Shown: in pieces, positions 7,783 to 18,750 of the stretch
How the letters are laid out: each line of letters begins with the position of its first letter
Numbering within the stretch: position 1 is the first letter of the stretch
Assembly: GCA_051884775.1 (NCBI GenBank)
Contig: JBJEVY010000058.1
Coordinates: forward strand, 2,655 to 66,654
Direction: 5' to 3'
DNA length: 64,000 nucleotides
Source: Candidatus Spyradenecus sp.
Lineage (GTDB): Bacteria > Verrucomicrobiota > Kiritimatiellia > RFP12 > DVOR01
Notes under the pieces: model-generated
Told to the model about the DNA's origin: nothing
What the model saw: only the letters and a program-made list of their open reading frames with translations
Database searches by the model: none
Made by a program: the position numbers and the translations under genes

Positions 7783-9567
7783 ATGAAGTTATGCGCATGG
7801 GTTGCGCGGAGGGCCGAGGCATTCGGCGCGTTCCGCAGAGCGGCAATTGAGGGCGGGATGGTGCGTCCCGAGAACTTGGTGCTGGGGGCGCTATTCTTGG
7901 GGCTTTGCCTGGGGAGTGCGGGGTTCTTTGTCGGGCGGCCGTGCTCGCCGTGGACGATGCGGCTTGTGTTTGGGGGCGCTCTGGTGCTGGCGGCGTGTTG
8001 CTCGTGGCGGCACGCGCTTCGGTTCGCGGCGACGGTGCTGGCGCTCCTACTGCTGTGCGCTTGGACCTTTTCCTATACGGGCACGGATAGTATGGCCTAT
8101 CACTTGCCGATGCAGCGCTTGCTCTGGCACGGGTGGAACCCCATCTTTACCTCCACGGTGCCCGCCTTTGGCGAGTTGGTGGATCTGCGCTCGCTCTCAC
8201 CCTATCACACGCTTTTTCTGCCCAAGGCGACCGCGTTCTGCGGCGCGCTTGTGGCGAAGGCGACGGGGCTCTTTACGGCGGATGCCTTTCTGGGTTATGC
8301 GCTTATTCTCGCCCTCTGGCGTAGCGCCTGGCACTTTGCGGCCAGCGAATGGCGGGCTTCCGCCTTTGTCTGTGGCGCGTTTGCCGCGGCGCTGGCCTTT
8401 AGCACCAAGATTACGAGCTTCTTGGCCGGGCAGGTGGACTACACGGCCTATGCGGCCTTTGTCGCTGCCGCGCTCGGATTTGTTACTTGGCGGCGGACGC
8501 ACTTGCCGGGGGATCTGCTGCTCACGGGGCTTTGTCTAGGCTTCGCGATGTTGGCTAAGAGCACGGGGCTGGTGTGCGGCGCACTGGGGTGCGTGATTGT
8601 CCTGTGCTTGGAGGGGCGGCGCGCGGAGGTGCGTTGGGGACTAGTCGGCTTGGGGGCGGCAGTCTTGCTCGCCGGCGCTTCGCCGCTGCTGACCGCGTGG
8701 ATCAACTACGGCTCGCCGGTCTATCCCGAGTTTTCGTTCAACCCCGAGGTGCCGCTGGTTAACATCACGGCCGACTTCACGGGGAATGCGGATGCGCTCT
8801 CGATGGGCTATCTATCGCGCTGCGTACAGGCGTGGTTTTCGCAGACATTAGCCTGGAAGGGCAGCGCGTGGTGGCAGGGCAAGGAGGTTTTCCGGCCAGT
8901 CTTCGAGGTCTGCGGTGGCGTGGGTGGCTTTGGGGTCTTCTTTCGGCTGCTGATGTGGGGGAGCGTGGTGGCGCTCTGCCTCTCGCGCCGGAACGCCACC
9001 ACTTGGCTGGTGCTCTTTCTCTTCCTCACCGGACATCTCGCGCCGCTCAAATACATCGGCTACGGGCGCTACTTCCCGCAGATGTGGGCTATCCCCTTCC
9101 TTGCGCTCGGCAATATGCTCTATGCACCTCGGGGTAACTGGCTAGCTCGCTGGCTACCGCGGCTGCGGGGGATGGCCTTTGCCTGCACCTTGCCCCTGAC
9201 CGGCCTCATCCTCTTGCGAACGGTGGCTTATCAGGCGCGGCAGTGGCGCTACGAGTGGGAGCGACAAGCGCGCTTTGCGCAAATGGTCGAGATCTCCCCG
9301 CGCTGGGCCGTGGAGTCCACCCGAAGCCTCTATACCCTCCACGAACGCTTGGCCGAAGCAGGGATTACGCTCGTAGAAGAGCCCGAACTCCCGCGGTTTA
9401 CCGTGGATCGCGACCTCTTCCCCGTCGCACCCGCGCTCCCTCCTGTCCCCGAAGAACTCAAGCGCAAGATGCCTATCTGTGATACGCTGCGCGATCTCTT
9501 CGCCTTCCCCTGGGCGGACTTGCTTGGCCACCTCCCCCATCCCCTCTGGCACGCCCCCATCGATTAA
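7783..9567 (+). CDS. Polytopic integral membrane protein of unknown function (possibly GT-C-like glycosyltransferase)
   Basis: 594 aa with many hydrophobic segments throughout the first ~470 aa and a soluble C-terminal tail. I recognise no confident family motif. Confidence 0.6.
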   Translation: MKLCAWVARRAEAFGAFRRAAIEGGMVRPENLVLGALFLGLCLGSAGFFVGRPCSPWTMRLVFGGALVLAACCSWRHALRFAATVLALLLLCAWTFSYTGTDSMAYHLPMQRLLWHGWNPIFTSTVPAFGELVDLRSLSPYHTLFLPKATAFCGALVAKATGLFTADAFLGYALILALWRSAWHFAASEWRASAFVCGAFAAALAFSTKITSFLAGQVDYTAYAAFVAAALGFVTWRRTHLPGDLLLTGLCLGFAMLAKSTGLVCGALGCVIVLCLEGRRAEVRWGLVGLGAAVLLAGASPLLTAWINYGSPVYPEFSFNPEVPLVNITADFTGNADALSMGYLSRCVQAWFSQTLAWKGSAWWQGKEVFRPVFEVCGGVGGFGVFFRLLMWGSVVALCLSRRNATTWLVLFLFLTGHLAPLKYIGYGRYFPQMWAIPFLALGNMLYAPRGNWLARWLPRLRGMAFACTLPLTGLILLRTVAYQARQWRYEWERQARFAQMVEISPRWAVESTRSLYTLHERLAEAGITLVEEPELPRFTVDRDLFPVAPALPPVPEELKRKMPICDTLRDLFAFPWADLLGHLPHPLWHAPID

Positions 9568-9615
9568 TCCGTCCCGGACCCGCTTTGCCTCCGCCATCGC
9601 ACGGTAGGCTGATGT

Positions 9616-9760
9616 GGGGGCTCCTTGCCCCCACACCCCTCGGCAGGGCTACTCGCCCTGCACCTCGGGAGCGCGGGGCGCTCCACCCCGGCCGGAGCGC
9701 CCTGTGGGCACTCCGGCTATGAGCCGCTCACCGTTCACTGTTCACCGTTCACCGTTCACC
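9616..9760. repeat. 130-bp multi-hairpin intergenic repeat, copy 2
   Basis: Near-identical to 7417-7546, with one extra GTTCACC heptamer. Confidence 0.9.
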
Positions 9761-9837
9761 TCCTCGGGAACGGGGGGCAACGCCCCCGCACTCCAAGACA
9801 CCCCGGCCCCACCCCCTGCCGCGCCCTTCCCGCGCAT

Positions 9838-10010
9838 CCGCCCCGGGTTCGCCTCGAGGTAGGCCCGGGTTGACCCTCGCCCCGGGGCGGGTTCGTTTTG
9901 GCCTCGGGGCGCTTTACATTTTTATCCGCCCCGGGTTGACCTCGAGGTAGGCCCGGGTTCGGGGTCGACTCGGGCCGGGTTCGTTTTGGGTCCGGGGCGG
10001 GTTGGGGGGC
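9838..10010. repeat. GGGTTGACC/GGGTTCGCC-type dispersed repeat cluster
   Basis: It shares the segments ccgccccgggttgacc, cctcgaggtaggcccgggttcg and ccggggcgggttcgttttgg with 42590-42720. Confidence 0.8.
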
Positions 10011-10083
10011 GAGCGCAGCGCGCGCGGGATTGTGGTATACTTCGCGGCCGTGATTTACGCACCCTAGTCAAGGAGAGAGAACG

Positions 10084-10920
10084 ATGTTTCCGATTGTTGC
10101 GAAGGAGCAGTTGTCCGCCGAGGTTTATTCGATGTGGATTCACGCTCCGTTGATTGCCGAGGAGCGCAAGGCCGGGCAGTTTATCATTCTGCAGATTGAT
10201 GAGCAGTTTGGCGAGCGGATTCCGTTGACGATTGCCGACGCCGATCCGGTGAAGGGGGATGTGCGCATCATCTTCCAGGCGGTGGGGTTCTCGACGAAGA
10301 AGCTGGCGCAGATGAATGTGGGCGATGCGTTGCCGGTCTTCCTGGGTCCGCTGGGGCGTCTGACGCATATTGAGCAGCGCGGGACGGTGGTGTGCGTGGG
10401 TGGCGGCATTGGCGTGGCGCCGTTGCATCCGATTGCGCAGGCGATGAAGGCTGCGGGCAACCGGGTGATTGTGATTATCGGCGCGCGCAATAAGGATCTC
10501 CTGATTATGGAAGAGGAGATGGGCAAGATTGCCGATGAGCTGATTATCTGCACCGATGATGGTTCCTACGGGCGCAAGGCGTTGGTGACCGAGCCGCTCA
10601 AGGAGGTCTGCGAGCGCGAAGAGGTGAAGGAGTGCGTGACGATCGGGCCGCCGATTATGATGAAGTTCTGCGCGCTGACGACCAAGCCCTTCAACGTGCC
10701 GACCGTTGCCTCGCTGAACGCGATTATGATTGACGGCACCGGGATGTGCGGCGGCTGCCGCGTGCTGGTGGGCGGGAAGATCAAGTTCGTCTGCGTGGAT
10801 GGGCCGGAGTTCGACGCGCACCAGGTGGACTTCGATAACCTGATGCAGCGCAATCGCGCCTTCATCCCCCGCGAGCGCGAGGAGAATTGCAACCTCTTTA
10901 AGATGGCTGATAAGCAGTAA
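10084..10920 (+). CDS. NfnA-like ferredoxin-NADP+ reductase subunit (sulfide/dihydroorotate dehydrogenase-like FAD/NAD-binding protein)
   Basis: 278 aa. It has a GQFIILQ FAD-binding barrel, CVGGGIGVAPLHP as the NAD motif, and a C-terminal Cys cluster GTGMCGGCRV...KFVCVDGPEF. Confidence 0.85.
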   Translation: MFPIVAKEQLSAEVYSMWIHAPLIAEERKAGQFIILQIDEQFGERIPLTIADADPVKGDVRIIFQAVGFSTKKLAQMNVGDALPVFLGPLGRLTHIEQRGTVVCVGGGIGVAPLHPIAQAMKAAGNRVIVIIGARNKDLLIMEEEMGKIADELIICTDDGSYGRKALVTEPLKEVCEREEVKECVTIGPPIMMKFCALTTKPFNVPTVASLNAIMIDGTGMCGGCRVLVGGKIKFVCVDGPEFDAHQVDFDNLMQRNRAFIPREREENCNLFKMADKQ

Positions 10921-10932
10921 GGAGAGAAGGCC

Positions 10933-12429
10933 ATGTCGTTTGTATCTAAGGAAGCGTTGGAGGCGCAGGCTGAGCAGCTCTGGGCCGGAATGCAGAGCGC
11001 GCCGTTGACGCCCAAGGCGCGGACGGGGATTGACCAGCAGCCGATGCCGGTGCAGGCGCCCGAGATCCGCAAGCGCAATATGCAGGAGGTGGCCATTGGC
11101 TACACCGAGGTGCAGGCGCGCGTGGAGGCTAACCGCTGCTTGCAGTGCAAGAATGCTCCGTGCATGAAGGATTGCCCGGTCTCGATCAACATTCCCGGCT
11201 TTATCCACGAAGTGGCGCAGGGGAACTACGCCGAGGCGTTGGGGATTATCCGGCGCACGAGCATCCTGCCGGCAATCTGCGGCCGCGTCTGCCCGCAGGA
11301 GAGCCAGTGCCAGAAGCATTGCACGATGGGCGTCATCCGCAAGGATGTGAACCAGAGCGTGGCCATTGGGCGCTTGGAGCGCTTTGTGGCCGATTGGCAG
11401 CGCGCGCACGACGCCGAGCACCCGATCGACAACACCGTCAAGCCCGAGACGGGCAAGAAGGTGGCCGTGATCGGCTCGGGCCCATCGGGGATCACCGTGG
11501 CGGCCGATGTCCGGCGCGAAGGGCACGCGGTCACGCTCTACGAAGCCTTCCAGAAGCCCGGTGGCGTGCTCGTTTACGGCATTCCCGAGTTCCGTCTGCC
11601 CAAGGCAATCGTGAACAAGGAGATTGAGGGGCTCAAGCAGATGGGCGTGACGGTGGAGACGAACTTCGTCGTCGGCCGCACCCGCAAGCTGCGCGACCTG
11701 ATGGCCAAGGACGGCTTCGACGCGGTCTACATCGGCACCGGCGCCGGGCTCCCGCGCTTTATGGGCATCCCCGGCGAAGAGCTCGTGGGCGTCTTCTCGG
11801 CTAATGAGTATCTCACGCGCGCCAATCTGATGAAGGCCTATGACAAGGCCGATGCCGCCACGCCTTACTATCCTGCCAAGCGCGTGGCCGTGCTCGGCGG
11901 TGGCAACGTGGCAATGGACGCTGCGCGTATGGCCTTCCGCCTGGGCGCCGAAGAGGTCTATCTGGTCTATCGCCGCAGCCGCGCCGAGATGCCTGCCCGC
12001 GCCGAAGAGGTGGAGCACGCCGAGGAGGAGGGGGTCAACTTCCAGTTCCTCTCCAACATCGAGCGGATTGTGGGCGACGAGAATGGCGCGGTCAAGGCCA
12101 TCGAGTGCCTGCGCTACGAGCTGGGCGAGCCCGATGCCTCCGGCCGCCGCAGCCCCGTGCCGATCCAGGGCAGCGAGTACACCCTGCCGATGGACGCGGT
12201 GATTATCGCCATCGGCAACGCCTCCAACCCCCTCATCCCGCAGACCACCGACGGGCTGGAGATTGACCGCAAGGGCCACATCGTTGTCGATGCCAACCAG
12301 GCCACCTCGATCCCCGGCGTCTATGCCGGCGGTGACATCGTCCTGGGCGCGGCCACGGTCATCCTGGCGATGGGCGAAGGCCGTCGCGCCGCCAAGGCGA
12401 TTAACGAGTATTTAGCGGCAAGCCGCTAA
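10933..12429 (+). CDS. NfnB-like / NADPH-dependent glutamate synthase small-chain-family oxidoreductase
   Basis: Fe-S Cys motifs CLQCKNAPCMKDCP and CGRVCPQESQC. VAVIGSGPSG and VAVLGGGNVAMD are Rossmann motifs. It lies 12 nt after the NfnA-like gene. Confidence 0.85.
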   Translation: MSFVSKEALEAQAEQLWAGMQSAPLTPKARTGIDQQPMPVQAPEIRKRNMQEVAIGYTEVQARVEANRCLQCKNAPCMKDCPVSINIPGFIHEVAQGNYAEALGIIRRTSILPAICGRVCPQESQCQKHCTMGVIRKDVNQSVAIGRLERFVADWQRAHDAEHPIDNTVKPETGKKVAVIGSGPSGITVAADVRREGHAVTLYEAFQKPGGVLVYGIPEFRLPKAIVNKEIEGLKQMGVTVETNFVVGRTRKLRDLMAKDGFDAVYIGTGAGLPRFMGIPGEELVGVFSANEYLTRANLMKAYDKADAATPYYPAKRVAVLGGGNVAMDAARMAFRLGAEEVYLVYRRSRAEMPARAEEVEHAEEEGVNFQFLSNIERIVGDENGAVKAIECLRYELGEPDASGRRSPVPIQGSEYTLPMDAVIIAIGNASNPLIPQTTDGLEIDRKGHIVVDANQATSIPGVYAGGDIVLGAATVILAMGEGRRAAKAINEYLAASR

Positions 12430-12433
12430 ATCA

Positions 12434-12465
12434 GCTGTTAGCGGTTAGCCGTTAGCTGTTAGCTG
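12434..12465. repeat. Heptamer microsatellite (GTTAGCN)n
   Basis: gctgttagcggttagccgttagctgttagctg sits directly after the nfnB-like stop. The reverse-complement version recurs at 22854-22895 and 36602-36622. Confidence 0.85.
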
Positions 12466-12550
12466 CGCGTTCCGCGACGGGCAAGCTCCTGGTGTTAGGC
12501 CGGGCCTTCCACTTCAAGCGCCAGCTTTCCCGTCTATCGTCTATCCCAAC

Positions 12551-12583
12551 AAAAAGGGGAGCCAACTGGCTCCCCTTTTTGTT
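12551..12583. terminator. Bidirectional rho-independent terminator between convergent genes
   Basis: aaaaa-ggggagcc-aact-ggctcccc-tttttgtt: a perfect 8-bp GC stem flanked by an A-run and a T-run. Confidence 0.9.
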
Positions 12584-12600
12584 GGCTCGCATTCGCTCGC

Positions 12601-14226
12601 TTACTCGGCCTGCTCGTCAGCTTGGGCGGCGATGGGGGCAATGAGCGGCTCGTCGGTGGCCAGCGGGCCAAAGAGGGCCGAGGCGGGAAGGGTGTCATCG
12701 CCCTCCCAACCGCCGCAGAGGGCCTTATAGAGGGCCACCTGCTGGCGGGCGATGGCGCCCTCGCTAATCACGCGCGCTTCGTCGAGGGTCTGGAGCTGAC
12801 GCTGGGCGTCAAGGACGTCGAAGAAGTCGCCAAGGCCGGCGTTGTACTTGTTGGCGGCGATCTCGTAGGCGGCTTGGGCGGCCTGGACGCCGAGGCGCAG
12901 CTGGGTGAGGCGCTCGTACTCTTGGGTGACGCCGGCGAGGGCGGTGCGGACATCGGCCAGGGCCGAGAGGACCGTCTGCTCGTAGTTCGCCAGGGCGGCC
13001 TTCTGCTGCTCGGTCTTGAGCTTCACATTGGCAACGATTTGACCGCCGCGGAAGATGGGCAGGGTGATGCCCGGGCCGAAGTTATAGAAGCGGCTGTCCC
13101 AATCGACGAGGTCGCCCAAAGTCAGCGAGTCGAGCCCGAAGGAGCCGGAGATGTAGACGGTGGGATAGTGCTCGGCCTCGGCGGCACCCAGGGTGGAGGT
13201 GGCGGCCTTCAAGCGGCGCTCGGCAGCGTAGACATCGGGGCGGCGGCGGATGGCATCGGCCGGAATGCCGGCATCGAGATTGATGCGCTGGGCGCGGGGG
13301 ATGCCGGTGGGGCGGAGCCCGGCGGCCTTGGCGTTGTCATTCTGCGTGCCTTGAGGGACCTCGCCTGCGGCGGGACCGGGGCCGGGCTGGAGCGCGGGCT
13401 GGGCCAGGAGCTCGGGCGGCAGGGTGCCGGGGGTGACGCCGCAGAGCAGGGCGATGGCATTCTCGGCAGCGACAATCTGGGCCTTGAGGGAGGGAATGGC
13501 TGCGGCGGTGTTGCGCAGGTCGTATTCGGCCTGGTTCTTCTGCAGGTCGTTGGTGATGCCGGCGCGGTTGCGGTTGGCCAAGAGGTCGTAGTTGGCCTGC
13601 TGGAGCTTGAGGTTGTCCTCGGCCACCATCAGGCGGCCCTGGAGGGTGCGCAGCTCAAGGTAGTAGGTGGCCAGCGAACTGGAGACCGAGACCCAGAGGG
13701 TCTTGAGGTCGGCTTCGGTGGCTTGGGCCTCAGCCTCGGCGGCATCGGTCAGATGCTGAACGCGGCCGAAGAAGTCAATCTCCCAACGGGCGCTGGCGGC
13801 GAGGTTGTAATCGGTGTAGCGGCGGTTGGGCGAGGCTGCGGAGAGGCCATTTTCGGAGGTGCGGGTGCGGGTGAGGTCGCCGCCCACATTGACGGTGGGC
13901 CAGAGGGCACCGCGCTGGTATTCATAGGCAGCGCGGGCGGCGGCGAGGTTGGCGCGGGCGGCGGCCATCGTGCGATTGACGGCGTAGGCCTTGGCCAGGA
14001 GGCGGGAGAGGGCCGGGTCGTCGAAGCGCTCCCACCAGGCGGTGAGTTCGGGGGCGGGGAGGGCATCGCGCGTGTTGAGGCGGGGGAGGTTATCCTGGGC
14101 CTCGGTCTGGGCAACGGCCGCCTCATCAAGGATGTCGGCGGCGGGGCGCTCGGTGTATTGGGGGCCCAGGGCGGTGCAGCCGCAGAGGGTCAGCAGGGCG
14201 GTCAGGGAGAGCAGGGAAGGTTTCAC
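12601..14226 (-). CDS. Efflux transporter outer membrane factor lipoprotein (NodT family)
   Basis: Lipobox LTLCGC. 541 aa with two OEP-type repeats. It is the last gene of the tetR-MFP-RND-OMF operon and overlaps the RND stop by 4 nt. Confidence 0.9.
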   Translation of the reverse strand: MKPSLLSLTALLTLCGCTALGPQYTERPAADILDEAAVAQTEAQDNLPRLNTRDALPAPELTAWWERFDDPALSRLLAKAYAVNRTMAAARANLAAARAAYEYQRGALWPTVNVGGDLTRTRTSENGLSAASPNRRYTDYNLAASARWEIDFFGRVQHLTDAAEAEAQATEADLKTLWVSVSSSLATYYLELRTLQGRLMVAEDNLKLQQANYDLLANRNRAGITNDLQKNQAEYDLRNTAAAIPSLKAQIVAAENAIALLCGVTPGTLPPELLAQPALQPGPGPAAGEVPQGTQNDNAKAAGLRPTGIPRAQRINLDAGIPADAIRRRPDVYAAERRLKAATSTLGAAEAEHYPTVYISGSFGLDSLTLGDLVDWDSRFYNFGPGITLPIFRGGQIVANVKLKTEQQKAALANYEQTVLSALADVRTALAGVTQEYERLTQLRLGVQAAQAAYEIAANKYNAGLGDFFDVLDAQRQLQTLDEARVISEGAIARQQVALYKALCGGWEGDDTLPASALFGPLATDEPLIAPIAAQADEQAE

Positions 14227-17200
14227 TTGGTTTCCTCCTTCTTGTGCGTGGTGCCGAAGAGGGCGTAAGTGCCCTCGCGCATCTTCTCGAAGAGCGAATA
14301 GAGGGCCGGAATCATCAGCAGGCCGGCGGTGGTGGACATCAACATGCCGTAGTAGACGGTAACGCCGATGTGGCGGCGGCTGGCCGCACCTGCGCCTTCG
14401 GCGTAGACCATCGGGAGCACGCCGAGGATGAAGGTGAGGGCGGTCATCAACACCGCGCGCAGACGCTCGCCGGCGCCCTCGCCTGCCGCGTCAACGATGC
14501 TCAGGCCTTGCTCGCGGCGCGTGGCGGCGAACTCGACGATGAGGATGGCGTTCTTCGCGGCCAGGGCCACCAGAAGCAACAGACCGAGCTGGGCGTAGAT
14601 GGAGAGGTCCAGGCCGTTGCGCATAATGCCGATGAAGGCGCCCAAACAGCCGACGATGATGGAGGTCATCACCGGCAGGGGCAGCGTCCAGCTCTCATAC
14701 TGCGCCACCAGGAAGAGGTAGCCGAAGACGAAGGCCGCGATGACGAGGATGGTCGTCTGGCCGGCGGTGGCGTTTTCTTGATAGGAGAGGTCGGTCCACT
14801 CGAAGGAGAAGTCGCGCGAGAGGGTGGACTTGGCGATAGCGCGGACGGCATCCATCGCCTCGCCTGAGGCGAAGCCGGGGGCGGTCATGGCGGTGATGGC
14901 GGCGGAGGGATAGAGGTTGTAGCGCGGATAGCTGCGCGTGCCGCCGGTGGTGTGGAAGTTGACGAGGGCCGAGACCGGGACCATCGCGCCGGTGTTGCTC
15001 TTGGCGTAGAGGCGGCCAATGGCGTCGGCGGTGTCGCGCCCCTTCCAATCGGCCTGGACAACGACCTGATTGACCTGGGTGCCAATGTTGATGTCGTTGA
15101 CATAGTAGGAGCCGAGGTAGCTCTGCAAGGTCGAGTAGAGGGTGGAGATAGGCACCTGGTAGGACTCGGTCTTGGTGCGGTCAATCTCGAGCTTGATGTG
15201 GGGCGTGCCGGAGGTGTAGGGCGAGAAGGCCATCGCGAGTTCCGGCGCCTGGTTGAGGGAGACGAGGAAGGAGCGGAGGTTGCGCTCGATAATCTCCGGG
15301 TCGGTGAAGTTGAGCGACTGGAAACGGATGCTCAAGCCACCGGTGTTGCCCAGGCCCATAATCGCCGGCGGGAGCATCGCGAAGAACTTCGCCTCGTGAT
15401 ACTGCGCGGAGAGGGCCATAATCTGGTTGAGGATGCCGCGGGCGGTGACCCCTTCGGGGCGCTTGGCCCAGTCGTCCAACGCCACGATAAGCATGCCGGT
15501 GTTCTCCGCCGCGCCCGAGACCATTGCGTGGCCGGTGACGGCCAGGAGGCTCTTCACACCCGGGATCTTCTGCACCTCGGTGCCGATGCGAGCGATGAAC
15601 TTGTCGGTGACGGCGCGGTTCGTGCCCTCGCTCAAGGAGAGGTCCACGAAGACCACGCCCTGGTCCTCTTCGGGAAGGAAGGAGCTCGGGGTCTTCTCCA
15701 GGGCGATGATGGCCCCGGCAGCGGTCAAGAGCAACAGAAGCAAGGTCAACAGCCGGCGCGCGGCCAGGAACTTGGCGATGGTGGCATAGCGCTTCTTGAG
15801 CCAATTAAGCCCGGCATTGAACCAGGTGAAGGGGTCCCACAGGTGCTTGTGTTCGGTGGGGGTGCCCATAATCGTCGAGCAGATTGCCGGGGAGAGGGTG
15901 AGGGCGTTGACGGTGGAGAAGCAGATCGCCACCGACATCGTCACCGCGAACTGCGCATAGATGCGCCCGGTAATGCCCGAGATGAAGCCCACCGGCACAA
16001 AGATGGCCAGCAACACGAGCGTGGTGGCGATCACCGCGCCGGTCACTTCGCTCATCGTCAGGAGCGTGGCGGTCTTGCGGTCGAGCTTACTCTTCTCCAT
16101 GTGATACTGCACGCGCTCGACCACGACGATGGCATCGTCGACGATTGAGCCGATCGCCAGCACCAGGGCGAAGAGCGAGAGGGTGTTGATGGAGAAGCCG
16201 CAGCCCTTCATCACCGCAAAGGTGCACATCAGCGAAACGGGGATGGCGCAGACCGGCACGAGCGTGGCGCGGATGTCCTGCAAGAAGACGAAGCAGACGA
16301 TCACCACGAGCACGAAGGTCTCCACGAGGGTGGAGACGATCTCCTTAATCGAGTCGCGCACCACGTCGGTGGCGTCGTAGGCGAAGACGGCCTCCAGGTC
16401 GCCGGGGAAGGTGGGCTTGAGGCGCTCGAGCTCGGCCTTGATGGCATCGACGGCCTCAATGGCGTTGGTGCCGGGGGTCTGGTTGAGGCCCATCGAGACC
16501 GCTTCAGCGCTATTGAAGGTGCCGTTGGCGCTATAGTTCTGCTCGCCCACCTCAATACGCGCCACATCGCGCAGGCGGACAATGCCGCCGTCCTCGGAGG
16601 TGCGCACCACGATATTCTCGAACTCCTTCACCGAGCTCAGGCGGCCGTCGGCCGTGATGGTGTAGACATTCTTGACGTTGGGGTCCAGCACCGGCGAAGC
16701 GCCCACCGAACCGAGCGAGGCCTGGCGGTTCTGCGAGGAGATGGCCGCGACCACCTCGTTAGCGTCCATATTCTGGGCGGCCATCCGGTCGGGGTCCAGC
16801 CAGATGCGCATGGCCACCTTCGCGCCATAGACATCCGCGCCACCCACGCCGGGCACACGCAGAATGGTGTCACGAATATTGGAGAAGAGGAAGTCGGTGA
16901 TCTGCAGCTTGTTGAGCGCACCCGAGGGCGAGCGGAAGGCGATAAAGCCGAGCATCGAGGAGGCGCGCGAGCTCACCGAGACGCCCTGCTTGGTCACTTC
17001 CACCGGGAGCTTCGGCTCGGCACGCGCCACGCGGTTCTGCACGCGCACCATACTCATATCGCGATCTGCGCCCACCGCGAAGGTGACCGTCAAGGTGTAG
17101 CGCCCGTTGTCGGTGCACTCGGAGGACATGTAGATCATATCCTCCACCCCGTTGACCTCCGACTCAATCGGAATCGCCACCGTGTTCGCCAGGTCCACGG

Positions 17201-17456
17201 CATTAGCGCCCGGATAGGTGCAGCTCACCTGCACCGTCGGCGGTGCCACCTCGGGATACTGCTCAATGGGCAGCGACTTAATGGCCAGCGCGCCCACCAG
17301 CGTCATCACAATAGCGATGACGAAGGCGAAGCGCGGCCGGTTCACAAAGATGCGCGAGAAGATGGACTTCGTCGGCAACTCCTTGAGCGCCTCTTGGATC
17401 ACCCGGCGCTCGTTTGCCTCGATCTCCTCGAGGCTCATCTTCCGTTCTTCTGCCAT
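14223..17456 (-). CDS. RND efflux transporter permease (HAE1/AcrB-like)
   Basis: 1077 aa. N-terminus [27 protein letters not shown], with 12-TM architecture and large periplasmic loops. Confidence 0.95.
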   Translation of the reverse strand: MAEERKMSLEEIEANERRVIQEALKELPTKSIFSRIFVNRPRFAFVIAIVMTLVGALAIKSLPIEQYPEVAPPTVQVSCTYPGANAVDLANTVAIPIESEVNGVEDMIYMSSECTDNGRYTLTVTFAVGADRDMSMVRVQNRVARAEPKLPVEVTKQGVSVSSRASSMLGFIAFRSPSGALNKLQITDFLFSNIRDTILRVPGVGGADVYGAKVAMRIWLDPDRMAAQNMDANEVVAAISSQNRQASLGSVGASPVLDPNVKNVYTITADGRLSSVKEFENIVVRTSEDGGIVRLRDVARIEVGEQNYSANGTFNSAEAVSMGLNQTPGTNAIEAVDAIKAELERLKPTFPGDLEAVFAYDATDVVRDSIKEIVSTLVETFVLVVIVCFVFLQDIRATLVPVCAIPVSLMCTFAVMKGCGFSINTLSLFALVLAIGSIVDDAIVVVERVQYHMEKSKLDRKTATLLTMSEVTGAVIATTLVLLAIFVPVGFISGITGRIYAQFAVTMSVAICFSTVNALTLSPAICSTIMGTPTEHKHLWDPFTWFNAGLNWLKKRYATIAKFLAARRLLTLLLLLLTAAGAIIALEKTPSSFLPEEDQGVVFVDLSLSEGTNRAVTDKFIARIGTEVQKIPGVKSLLAVTGHAMVSGAAENTGMLIVALDDWAKRPEGVTARGILNQIMALSAQYHEAKFFAMLPPAIMGLGNTGGLSIRFQSLNFTDPEIIERNLRSFLVSLNQAPELAMAFSPYTSGTPHIKLEIDRTKTESYQVPISTLYSTLQSYLGSYYVNDINIGTQVNQVVVQADWKGRDTADAIGRLYAKSNTGAMVPVSALVNFHTTGGTRSYPRYNLYPSAAITAMTAPGFASGEAMDAVRAIAKSTLSRDFSFEWTDLSYQENATAGQTTILVIAAFVFGYLFLVAQYESWTLPLPVMTSIIVGCLGAFIGIMRNGLDLSIYAQLGLLLLVALAAKNAILIVEFAATRREQGLSIVDAAGEGAGERLRAVLMTALTFILGVLPMVYAEGAGAASRRHIGVTVYYGMLMSTTAGLLMIPALYSLFEKMREGTYALFGTTHKKEETK

Positions 17457-17487
17457 AACCGAAAACTCCTTCTACCGGCAACAGCGC

Positions 17488-18750
17488 TTACTTCGCGGCC
17501 ACGGGGAGGGAGACCTCCTCCGTCGCGCTCTGCTTCACTGCCGGGTTGACCACATTCAGCTTGGCGCCGTCCGAGACGTTCACCACGCCCTCGGTAATCA
17601 CCTCTTCGCCCTCGTCCAACCCCTCGAGGATGGCGATGTAGCCGCCCTGCGTTTCGCCGAGCTTGACAATGCGCCGCACGGCCGTGCCGTTCACGTTCAG
17701 GTAGACGTAGTCGCCCGTGGCATTGGCCAACACCGCACCGGTGGGCACCGCAATGACCGCCTTGGGCTCAGCCTCGCTCAAGAGCACCGTCACATAGCCA
17801 TTGGAGACCAGGAACTGCTTGGGGTTCGCGAAGCGGTAGCGGATGGCCAGGGTGGCCGTGGCGCTGTCGATTTCGTTGCTCACGAAGTCCGCCTCGCCAT
17901 TGTGCTCGTAGATCGAGCCATCGGGCAGACGCAGCTGGGCGCGGATGGCCTCAACCTTCCCCTCGGCCTCAATCACGCGCCGCCCCTGCAAGAGCTCCTT
18001 GTCGGGAATGGAGAAGACCACGCGCACCGGATCGGTCTGCACAATGCGCGCCAGCGAGCCCATCGAGGGGGCCACATAGTCGCCCTTCTTGAGCAGGCTC
18101 TTGCCGATGCGCCCGGAGATGGGGGCGGTGATGCGGGTGTAGCCCAGGTTGATCTCCGCGCTCTTGAGGTCCGCCTCGCACTGGGCAATCGCCGCGCGCG
18201 CCTCGAGCATCGTGGCGTAAGCTTGGTCAATCTCCGCCTCGGTCACCGAGCGCTTATCCACCGCGCTGATACGCGCATAGTAGCGATCGGCATTCTCGCT
18301 GGAGGCTTTCGCCTTCTCCAGGGCCGCCTTCGCCTGGGCCACGCGCGCCTCATAGACCCGCGGATCGATGAGGAAGAGCAGGTCGCCAGCCTTGACCATC
18401 GAGCCTTCGGTGAAGGCCACCTCGGCAATCGTGCCATCAATCTGCGCGCGCAGGTCGGTCTTCTCAATGGGCTCGACGTGGCCCATAAACTCCTGGGGCG
18501 GATTCATCGCGCGCTTGGAGGCCTTCGTGGTCTCCACCGTGACCGGGCGGCCCATCATCATCGCTTGCTGCTGGGCGGCCTGTGCGGCGGCGGCCTTGGT
18601 GGCCTGGCGCGCGGTGTAAATCTGGCTCACATACCACCCCAACGCGAAGGCCGCGCCCACACTCAACAGCAGCCCCAACGTGCCGGCCGCAGCCGCCGCA
18701 CCGCGAGAAGGCGTTGCCACCTGTTCAGTCGTTTCCGTTGCTTCAGTCAT
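17488..18750 (-). CDS. RND efflux periplasmic adaptor (membrane fusion protein)
   Basis: HlyD/MFP lipoyl, hairpin and barrel pattern (GTIAEVAFTEGSMVKAGDLLFLIDP..., ITAPISGRIG). The start is ambiguous: 18771 in the track or ATG 18750. Confidence 0.9.
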   Translation of the reverse strand: MTEATETTEQVATPSRGAAAAAGTLGLLLSVGAAFALGWYVSQIYTARQATKAAAAQAAQQQAMMMGRPVTVETTKASKRAMNPPQEFMGHVEPIEKTDLRAQIDGTIAEVAFTEGSMVKAGDLLFLIDPRVYEARVAQAKAALEKAKASSENADRYYARISAVDKRSVTEAEIDQAYATMLEARAAIAQCEADLKSAEINLGYTRITAPISGRIGKSLLKKGDYVAPSMGSLARIVQTDPVRVVFSIPDKELLQGRRVIEAEGKVEAIRAQLRLPDGSIYEHNGEADFVSNEIDSATATLAIRYRFANPKQFLVSNGYVTVLLSEAEPKAVIAVPTGAVLANATGDYVYLNVNGTAVRRIVKLGETQGGYIAILEGLDEGEEVITEGVVNVSDGAKLNVVNPAVKQSATEEVSLPVAAK

